DNA of 60,966 nucleotides from Candidatus Limnocylindrales bacterium (lineage in GTDB: Bacteria > Chloroflexota > Limnocylindria > Limnocylindrales > CSP1-4), in assembly GCA_035688935.1 (NCBI GenBank), contig DASSMI010000046.1, positions 1 to 60,966 of the forward strand. The letters run 5' to 3'. Both the position numbers and the translations under genes were made by a program. The notes under the pieces are model-generated. The model was not told where the DNA came from and ran no database searches. It was given only the letters and a program-made list of their open reading frames with translations. Each line of letters begins with the position of its first letter. The first letter of the stretch is position 1. This document shows, piece by piece, positions 54,135 through 60,966 of this stretch.

Positions 54135-55436
54135 CTGGCGACCGCCTTCCCGCGTCTGCGCCTCCGCGATCCCGCGATCGACCTCGTCGACCTGCCGTGG
54201 GAGCTGCCGCTCGCGCGGTGGCCCGCCGATCAGCTCGCCTTCCGCCACGTTCCCGTCGGCCCGTCGCGACACCTCGTCCGCTTCCTCGTCTCGAGCGGCG
54301 TGCTGTATGCGCTGAAGGAGCTGCCGATCGAGGTCGCCGGTCGCGAGTACCAGGTCCTGCTTCATCTGGAGACGCTCGGACTGCCGACCGTGGAGCCGGC
54401 CGGCGTCGCCGAGGCGCCGGAGCGCGAGAGCGCGATCCTCGTGACGAAGTTCCTGCCGCACTCGCTCCAGTACCGGCGGCTGATGATGCGCCTGCCGCCG
54501 GGACCCAGCTCGTCCCGCGAGCGGCTCCTCGACGCGATGGCGTTCCTTCTCGTCGACCTCCACCGGAGCGGCGTGTTCTGGGGTGACTGCTCGCTCGCGA
54601 ACACCCTCTTCCGCCGCGATGGCGATCGGATCGAGGCCTATCTCGTGGACGCCGAGACGAGCGAGGTCTTCCCGAGGCTGTCCGACGGCCAGCGGAGGTA
54701 CGACCTCGACATCCTGGTCGAGAACGTCGCGTTCGGGCTGGCCGACCTCGCCGCGATGGGCGATCGCTCGGACGCGACCGCGGAGGGGGACGCCGACGAC
54801 GCGATCCACGCCGCAGAGCACGTCCGCCGGCGGTACGACTCGATCTGGGCGCTCATCCACGACGAGCCGGAGCTGCGATCCGACGATCGCCAGGCGATCC
54901 GCAACCGGGTTCGGCGCCTGAACGACCTCGGCTACTCGGTGGATCTCGACGCGGATCCGACGGCGGGCGAGGGCCGCGTCCGTCTCCGGATGGCAGTCAC
55001 CACCCGTCGCTACCACGCCCGCGAGCTCGAACGGCGGACGCGGGTCCGCGCCCTGGAGGGGCAGGCCCGGCTCCTCCTCAACGACGTGAACGAGTACGGG
55101 GCGTGGCTGGAGTGGTACGAGAGCCGGGCGATCCCGGCCGACGAGGTCGCGGAGCGCTGGCTCCGCGAGGTCTATCGACCCACGCTCGCGCGCATCGCCG
55201 AGTCGGTCGGCCCCGACCGCGATCTCGTCCAGGCGTACTGCGACGTGCTCGAGGAGAAGTGGTACCGGTCGGAGCAGCGGGGGAGCGACGTCGGGCTGTC
55301 CGCCGCGATCGACGCGTATCTCGCGCTCGGCGCGCCGTCGCCGGAGAGCACCCGGGACGGCCCGGCCGCCGGCCTCGACCCGATCGACGACGACACCGTC
55401 GAGATCGACCCGCTCGCGGCGACCGAGACCGACTGA
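54135..55436 (+). CDS. DUF4032 domain protein (Kdo/LPS-kinase-like fold); 5' end non-canonical
   Basis: The track ORF starts at GTG 54300. The in-frame upstream peptide ...DLVDLPWELPLARWPADQLAFRHVPVGPSRHLVRFLVSSG looks like the conserved DUF4032 N-terminus. No ATG, GTG or TTG lies between TAG 54129 and 54300; only CTG 54135 is available. Confidence 0.7.
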   Translation: MATAFPRLRLRDPAIDLVDLPWELPLARWPADQLAFRHVPVGPSRHLVRFLVSSGVLYALKELPIEVAGREYQVLLHLETLGLPTVEPAGVAEAPERESAILVTKFLPHSLQYRRLMMRLPPGPSSSRERLLDAMAFLLVDLHRSGVFWGDCSLANTLFRRDGDRIEAYLVDAETSEVFPRLSDGQRRYDLDILVENVAFGLADLAAMGDRSDATAEGDADDAIHAAEHVRRRYDSIWALIHDEPELRSDDRQAIRNRVRRLNDLGYSVDLDADPTAGEGRVRLRMAVTTRRYHARELERRTRVRALEGQARLLLNDVNEYGAWLEWYESRAIPADEVAERWLREVYRPTLARIAESVGPDRDLVQAYCDVLEEKWYRSEQRGSDVGLSAAIDAYLALGAPSPESTRDGPAAGLDPIDDDTVEIDPLAATETD

Positions 55437-55501
55437 TCGCGGGCGGGACTTCGGGCCGAACGGCCCGCGCGGTCCGGGCCGCTCCGTGGCACCATCCGCC
55501 G

Positions 55502-56443
55502 GTGACCAGCCTGACAACGGCCGGTGCGGACCCCGTCATCCGCGTCAGCGGCCTGCAGAAGTGGTACGGCGAGACGCGCGCCGTCGACGGGGTGAGCTTC
55601 GAGGTCCCGGCCGGAACCGTCTTCGGCCTGCTCGGACCGAACGGCGCCGGGAAGACGACGACGGTCGAGGTCCTCGAGGGTCTCCGGACGCCCGACGCGG
55701 GCGATGTCCGGATCCTCGGACTCGATGCCGTCGGCGAGGCCGACGCCCTCAAGGCCCGAATCGGGGTGTCGCTCCAGACCGCCGCGCTCTACCCGAAGCT
55801 CACGGTCGTCGAGGTCCTCGACCTGTTCCGGAGCTTCTACGGCCGGGGCCGCGCCACCGACGAGCTCGTGGGGCTGATGGACCTGGGCGAGAAGCGCACG
55901 ACCCGGACGGCCAACCTCTCGGGCGGTCAACGACAGCGCCTGTCGGTGGCCCTCGCGCTCGTCAACGACCCCGAGCTCGTCTTCCTCGACGAGCCCACGA
56001 CGGGCATGGACCCGGCCGCGCGCCGCGCCCTCTGGGACATCATCCTGGCCCTCAAGGCCGAGGGCCGGACCGTCCTGCTGACGACCCACTACCTCGAGGA
56101 GGCGGAGGTCCTGTGCGATCGGGTCGCGATCATGGACCACGGGAAGATCCTCGAGGAGGGCACGGTCGAGGACCTCGTCGGGCGCCACTTCCAGGAGCGT
56201 GCCGTGCGGTTCGACGCCGTCGACGGCCTGGCCGACGAGCGTCTCGGGGCGATGGCGGGTGTCAGCTCGGTCAAGCGCGAGGACGGCGAGGTCATCGTCT
56301 ACACCCGCGACGTGGCCGCGACGATCGGCGCGGTGCTGGAGGCGTGCGAGGCGCTCGGCTCGGAGCCGAAGAACCTCGCGGTCCGGCGGGCGACGCTCGA
56401 GGACGTCTTCCTCGACCTGACCGGCCGAGCGCTGCGGGACTGA
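55502..56443 (+). CDS. ABC transporter ATP-binding protein
   Basis: GTG 55502 is in frame with track ORF 55103..56443. Walker A GPNGAGKTT, signature LSGGQRQRL, Walker B VFLDEP. Confidence 0.9.
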   Translation: MTSLTTAGADPVIRVSGLQKWYGETRAVDGVSFEVPAGTVFGLLGPNGAGKTTTVEVLEGLRTPDAGDVRILGLDAVGEADALKARIGVSLQTAALYPKLTVVEVLDLFRSFYGRGRATDELVGLMDLGEKRTTRTANLSGGQRQRLSVALALVNDPELVFLDEPTTGMDPAARRALWDIILALKAEGRTVLLTTHYLEEAEVLCDRVAIMDHGKILEEGTVEDLVGRHFQERAVRFDAVDGLADERLGAMAGVSSVKREDGEVIVYTRDVAATIGAVLEACEALGSEPKNLAVRRATLEDVFLDLTGRALRD

Positions 56444-56445
56444 CG

Positions 56446-57528
56446 ATGCGTCCGCTGCTGCTCCTGACCGTCGCCAACATCAAGAGCTTCACCCGGGATC
56501 GCGCGGCGCTGTTCTGGACGCTGGCGTTCCCGCTGATCTTCGTCGTCCTGTTCGGGTCGATCTTCTCGGGCGGCACGAACGAGCGCTCGATCGGCTACGC
56601 GGATCTCGATGCGACGCCGGCGTCCGCGCAGCTGAAGACGGCGTTCGGGTCCGTCACCGGGGTCAAGCTCGTCGACGGCTCCGAGGACGACCTGCTGGCC
56701 CGGATGCGGAAGGGCGAGGTCTCGGCGGTGATCGTCGTCCCGAAGGGGTTCGGCGACACCGTCGCGGCGAAGGCCTCTCCCGCCGACGTCACCGTCTACA
56801 CCGACCCGAGCCAGAGCCAGGCCGATGCCGCGACCCGCCAGCTCGTCGGGTTCGTGCTCTCGGCGGCGAACCAGGCAGCGACCGGCCAGCCGCCGGCGGT
56901 CGTCCCGAGCTTCCAGCCGATCCAGACGAACGACCTGACGTTCATCTCGTACCTGGTGCCGTCGATCCTCGGGATGTCGCTCATGCAGCTCGGGATCTTC
57001 TCGTCGATCCCGCTCGTCGCCGACCGCGAGAAGCTGATCCTCAAGCGGCTCCACGCCACGCCGCTGCGGCGCTGGCAGCTGGTCGGGAGCAACATCCTCA
57101 TGCGGCTCCTGATCGCCGTCTTCCAGACCGCGATCATCGTCAGCGTGGGCTCGGCCGCGTACCACGTCCAGATCGCGGGATCGTGGCTCCTCATCGGGGC
57201 GCTCGTCCTCCTCGGCTCGCTCGCCTTCATCGCGCTCGGCTACGTGATCGCGTCGTTCGCCAAGAGCGAGGAGTCGGCCAACGGGATGACGAGCGTCGTC
57301 CAGTTCCCGCTGATGTTCCTGTCCGGCACGTTCTTCCCGATCGACGCGATGCCCGACGCCCTGAAGACCGTCGCCCGGGCGCTCCCGCTGACGTACCTCG
57401 GCGACGGCCTGCGGCAGGTGATGGTCGACGGCACGCCCTTCGCGCCCCTCTGGGTCTGCTTCGCCTTCCTCGCCGTCTGGCTGGTCGTCTGCTTCGCGAT
57501 CGCGGCCCGCTACTTCAGGTGGCAGTGA
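56446..57528 (+). CDS. ABC-2 type transporter permease
   Basis: ATG 56446 lies 2 nt after the ATPase stop. Large extracytoplasmic loop after TM1, then five more TM helices (ABC-2 layout). Confidence 0.8.
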   Translation: MRPLLLLTVANIKSFTRDRAALFWTLAFPLIFVVLFGSIFSGGTNERSIGYADLDATPASAQLKTAFGSVTGVKLVDGSEDDLLARMRKGEVSAVIVVPKGFGDTVAAKASPADVTVYTDPSQSQADAATRQLVGFVLSAANQAATGQPPAVVPSFQPIQTNDLTFISYLVPSILGMSLMQLGIFSSIPLVADREKLILKRLHATPLRRWQLVGSNILMRLLIAVFQTAIIVSVGSAAYHVQIAGSWLLIGALVLLGSLAFIALGYVIASFAKSEESANGMTSVVQFPLMFLSGTFFPIDAMPDALKTVARALPLTYLGDGLRQVMVDGTPFAPLWVCFAFLAVWLVVCFAIAARYFRWQ

Positions 57529-58408
57529 GCAGCGCGTCGACGTCGATGCGGCTCGGAGCCAGGTCGGCGGACTGAACGGCGGCCGCGGCGACTCGGGCGG
57601 CGATCGCCAACGAGCGCTCGATCGGCAGTCCGTGCAGCTCGCCGAAGACCACGCCCGCCAGGAACGCGTCGCCGGCGCCGTTCGAGTCCACGAGATCGCC
57701 GGGCGCGACGGGTGTTGCCGGGACGTCGATCCAGCGGCCGTCCGCGGTGAGCGCGAGCGCGCCGCGCTCGGCCATCGTGCACACGACGAGCTCGCGGCCG
57801 GCCGCCCGGAGGCGCTCCATGAAGGGCCGCGGATCGCCCAGGCGGTCCGCGCTGAAGAACACCCGATCCGCGGTCCAGAAGTCGTGCTCGTACTCCCGTT
57901 CGCCATCGGTCGAATGGAGGTCCGTCCACGTCCGCTTGCCGAGGCGGCGCGCGATCTCGAGCGTCGGCCGTGCGGCCGGGGTGATCGCGACCAGGACCTC
58001 GTCGGCCGCCGAGATGAGCGACTCGACGTCAGGCCCGGCGAACCGCGCCGCCGGGTCACCGGTGTGGAGCAGGAACGAGATCCGCTGGCCGGCGGCGTCC
58101 ATGAGGTTCACGTGGCGTCCCGTGCCCGTGGGATCGAGGACGGCGCTGACCGTCACACCGGCTGCCTCGAGGCCGGCCCGGACCCGCTCGCCCGGCTCGT
58201 CGTCGCCGATCAGGCAGCGGAGCGTCACGTCGACCCCGAGGCGGGCGAGGTTCATCGCCTTGCCGGCGCCCGACGATCCGATGGTCTCGTGCCACGACGG
58301 CGGGAAGAAGCTTCCCGGCTCGGGCGCCGGGAAGGCGTCGACCCGGATCATCGTGTTCCACGACGCCGCGCCGAACGCGACGACGGTGCCCACGGGCCGA
58401 TCGGTCAC
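57515..58408 (-). CDS. PfkB-family carbohydrate/nucleoside kinase
   Basis: GSSGAGKAMN near the N-terminus. C-terminal DSNGAGDAF anion-hole / catalytic-base motif. Confidence 0.8.
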   Translation of the reverse strand: MTDRPVGTVVAFGAASWNTMIRVDAFPAPEPGSFFPPSWHETIGSSGAGKAMNLARLGVDVTLRCLIGDDEPGERVRAGLEAAGVTVSAVLDPTGTGRHVNLMDAAGQRISFLLHTGDPAARFAGPDVESLISAADEVLVAITPAARPTLEIARRLGKRTWTDLHSTDGEREYEHDFWTADRVFFSADRLGDPRPFMERLRAAGRELVVCTMAERGALALTADGRWIDVPATPVAPGDLVDSNGAGDAFLAGVVFGELHGLPIERSLAIAARVAAAAVQSADLAPSRIDVDALLTAT

Positions 58409-58959
58409 CAGGTCTCGTCGTGGACGATGTCGGCGAGCGCCTGCCGTCCGCCCGCCTTGTTCGGTCGGGCGAGCGCGGTCGGGTCAGCCGGGTAGCCGAA
58501 CGAGAGCAGGTACTCGCAGTGGTGGTCGTCGGGATAGCCCAGGAGACGCCGCGCGAGGTCGTGCTCGTAGACGGTCGCGGGAACGCTCCCGATGCCGAGC
58601 TCCCACGCCACCAGCATCATGTTGCCCGCCGCCATCCCGAGATCGAAGAGGACGGAGAGCGGGCTGTCGGCCGCCTTCGGGTCGGGCGTCACGAGCGCGA
58701 TCGCCACGGCGGCGCCGGCGAGGTGCCCCGCCCACGGCCCGACGGCGGCGAGCTCGCGGAGGTGCTCGCGGTCCCGGCAGACGATGAAGTCCCAGCGCTG
58801 GAGGTTCTTCGAGCTCGCCGCTCGGCGGCCGGCATTGAGGATCCGGACGAGGTGGTCGGGCTCGAGCGGGCGATCGGCGAACTCGCGGACGACGCGCTTC
58901 GTTCGGACGGCCTCCCAGACGGACATCTCGCTTCGTGGGCGGTCGGAACGATCGTTCAT
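58405..58959 (-). CDS. nitroreductase family protein
   Basis: RTKRVVREFADRPL at the N-terminus, and SSKNLQRWDFIV. ATGA overlaps on both sides. Confidence 0.8.
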   Translation of the reverse strand: MNDRSDRPRSEMSVWEAVRTKRVVREFADRPLEPDHLVRILNAGRRAASSKNLQRWDFIVCRDREHLRELAAVGPWAGHLAGAAVAIALVTPDPKAADSPLSVLFDLGMAAGNMMLVAWELGIGSVPATVYEHDLARRLLGYPDDHHCEYLLSFGYPADPTALARPNKAGGRQALADIVHDETW

Positions 58960-60185
58960 CCCGCCAGCTCCGAGCCGAGCTCGGTGTCGTCGAGGCCGGG
59001 CGCGACCGTCTGGACTTCCGGCGGCCGGCCGGGCAGCCGACTGGCGAGCCCCACGAGCGACCGAAATCCACCTGGCTCCAGCTCGACCTGCGTCGGTGGC
59101 CGAACCGCGTCGGGCGGCGGACGGCGGGCGTCGACGGCCTCGGCCCGCGCGGCGGCCTCGTCAGGCGCGAGTGGTCCGTCGAGGGCTCGAGCGAAGAACG
59201 CGGCGACGGTCCGGCGATAGACCGGGAACTCGTAGAGCCACGAGTGGAGGCCGCCGTCGATCTCGAGCGTCTCGGCCGGCCGCCCGGTCGCGGTGACGAT
59301 CTTCGCCAGCCGCCGGAGATGGCTCACCGGGACGACCGTGTCGTCGGTGCCGTGGACGAGGAGCGCCGGCCGGTCGATCCGGGCGAGCGCCTCCGTCGCC
59401 GAGATCCGGACGATCCGGTGGCCGCGCGGATGGAGGTACACGCGCGTCGTCAGCCACGCCAGGGGATAGGCGATGACGTCCGGGAGCGGCAGCCGTGCGA
59501 GCCGGAACGTCTGGCGGGTGAGCCGCCAGGGATCGGCCGGTGCGGACGTCGCGACCACGGCGGCGATCCGCGCCTCCTCGGCCGCGGCGAGGATCGCGCC
59601 GATCGCCCCCATCGAGTGACCGAGGATCGCGCCGGACGTCACCTCGGGCCGCGCGACGAGCGCCCGCCACGCGGCGAGCGCATCGCTGCCGAACTCACCG
59701 GCGGTGATCGGGAGTGACTCCCTGGCGTTCGCACCGTGGCCGCGGACGTCGACCGCGAGGCAGTGGAACCCGGCGGCGTGGAGGAACTGGACGATCGGCA
59801 GCAGGCGGTCGCGGGCGCTCTCCCAACCGTGGACGAGCGCGACACCCGGTCCCGGTGCCCCGTCGTTCGCGGGGACGAACCACGCCGGCAGGACGAGCCC
59901 GTCGTCGGCCGGCGCAGCGACCGCCTCGAACGGGAGGCCCAGGTCGGCGGGCGTGCGCTGCGGCGGACGCGGCGTCGGATAGCCGGCCCGCGTCCGGTAC
60001 ACGAGGGCGAACCGGTACGCGAGCGCGAACGGCGCGGCGGCGAGCGCCGCCAGAACTCCGGCATGACGAGCGGTGGGCACGACCGAATCGGACAGCCGCG
60101 ACCGGACGCCTGTCAAGCGGCCGGGACGTTGCGCGGCCCCTCCCGTGGCTCGCGCGCCCGTCGCCGCAGCGCTTGGCTCGCCCAC
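58956..60185 (-). CDS. membrane-anchored alpha/beta hydrolase
   Basis: Nucleophile elbow GHSMGA and VALVHGW. N-terminal hydrophobic helix AGVLAALAAAPFALAY. An alternative GTG start lies at 60080. Confidence 0.75.
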   Translation of the reverse strand: MGEPSAAATGARATGGAAQRPGRLTGVRSRLSDSVVPTARHAGVLAALAAAPFALAYRFALVYRTRAGYPTPRPPQRTPADLGLPFEAVAAPADDGLVLPAWFVPANDGAPGPGVALVHGWESARDRLLPIVQFLHAAGFHCLAVDVRGHGANARESLPITAGEFGSDALAAWRALVARPEVTSGAILGHSMGAIGAILAAAEEARIAAVVATSAPADPWRLTRQTFRLARLPLPDVIAYPLAWLTTRVYLHPRGHRIVRISATEALARIDRPALLVHGTDDTVVPVSHLRRLAKIVTATGRPAETLEIDGGLHSWLYEFPVYRRTVAAFFARALDGPLAPDEAAARAEAVDARRPPPDAVRPPTQVELEPGGFRSLVGLASRLPGRPPEVQTVAPGLDDTELGSELAG

Positions 60186-60223
60186 CCTCGCGGCAGCCCG
60201 CGACCGACCGATAGACTCGACGC

Positions 60224-60966
60224 GTGGCGAAGCGCGACCCGCACGACGTCCTGGGCATCGAGCCCGGCGCGACCCCGACCCAGATCAAGGCGGCCTGGCG
60301 GCGCCTCGCTCGGACGCACCATCCCGACCTGACGGGCGACGACCCGGCGGCGTCGCAGCGGGCGACGCGCCGGATGGCCGAGATCAACTCGGCGTACGCC
60401 GAGCTGACCCGCGACGGCGGCGCAGCCGCGCGGCGGGCAAGGTCCGGTGCCGCCGACGGTGCCGCCGACGTTCCCTCGGCGGGTGCGACGCGGCGGGGCG
60501 GGCCGCCGAAGGCGAAGGCGACGCGGCCGGTGACCGGCCGCGTGGATCTCAGCGACACCGTCCGCCCGCGGAACCAGACGATCCGACCCGATGGCGCCTC
60601 GAACGGCTCGACGCTCCGGGGCCACGCGCCGTACCGGCCGGCGCCGGCGTCCGCGGAGCCGCCACGCGCCAGCACGCCGACCGGACCACTGGCCCGGTCG
60701 CGTGTCCGCGGGTTCCGCCGTCCCGCGACGCCGCCGCTCGACGAGGCGTTCGCGATGGAGCTGCCCTTCGGCAAGTTCCACGGCCACACGCTCGGCCAGG
60801 TCGCCGCGTTCGAGCCGTCCTACATCGATTGGCTGGCGACGACGATCACGCGCGACCCGGATCTGCTCGCGGCCGCCCGGGCCGTCCGCGACGAGCTCGA
60901 TCGGCAGGGCGTCGTCCGTCGCGCACGGGCCGACCTGGCGAATCGCCGCGCGCCGTGGCCGATGCC
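60224..60966 (+). CDS. J-domain protein with a DUF3820-like C-terminal motif (3' end beyond the window)
   Basis: Not in the ORF track because no stop lies inside the window. GTG 60224. DPHDVLGIEPGATPTQIKAAWRRLARTHHPD (HPD motif). Later LPFGKFHGHTLGQVAAFEPSYIDWL. Confidence 0.75.
   Translation, partial: MAKRDPHDVLGIEPGATPTQIKAAWRRLARTHHPDLTGDDPAASQRATRRMAEINSAYAELTRDGGAAARRARSGAADGAADVPSAGATRRGGPPKAKATRPVTGRVDLSDTVRPRNQTIRPDGASNGSTLRGHAPYRPAPASAEPPRASTPTGPLARSRVRGFRRPATPPLDEAFAMELPFGKFHGHTLGQVAAFEPSYIDWLATTITRDPDLLAAARAVRDELDRQGVVRRARADLANRRAPWPM

Overview
The window is a very GC-rich bacterial chromosomal segment (well above 65% by eye, not computed). Its coding style is actinobacterial or Chloroflexi-like. 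I support about 57 protein genes and 2 tRNAs (tRNA-Glu-CUC and tRNA-Arg-UCU). I saw no rRNA, CRISPR array, transposase or integrase. Many long ORFs in the track are Arg/Pro/Gly-rich antisense or off-frame shadows of real genes; I discarded them and re-derived several starts from the DNA.

The dominant feature is an eight-gene, ~13.9 kb minus-strand operon (8091-22002) with 1-nt or 4-nt start/stop overlaps at five of its seven junctions. In transcription order it encodes:
- a giant two-domain membrane protein
- an ABC ATPase
- an ABC-2 permease
- a 2-TM coiled-coil protein carrying a (GQ)26 tract
- MoxR
- DUF58
- a BatA-N/VWA protein
- a double-VWA protein

This fuses a Bat/aerotolerance-type MoxR-VWA module to a Gld-like ABC module. 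It is my best candidate for an undescribed envelope system.

Other notable loci:
- a cupredoxin, ECF sigma, Ogt/Ada-Zn fusion and EamA operon
- an ECF sigma with an anti-sigma-like protein built from three Cys-pair repeats, plus a zf-UBP protein
- a DUF4032 gene whose conserved N-terminus lies upstream of any canonical start codon, in frame with the TAG of the preceding GNAT gene
- a 63-aa Cys-rich protein resembling the metallothionein MymT
- an orphan SPPY-type DNA methyltransferase followed by two small genes
- three phased GTGGAC (DnaA-box-like) repeats
- an RR-HK-DUF5666-HtrA module resembling MprAB/PepD

Housekeeping content includes phosphoketolase with acetate kinase, two acyl-CoA dehydrogenases, adenosine deaminase, a class-III aminotransferase, a DgcN/DgcA-like pair, a GMC oxidoreductase and a second ABC-2 exporter.

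All family assignments come from motifs read by eye. No database search was run.
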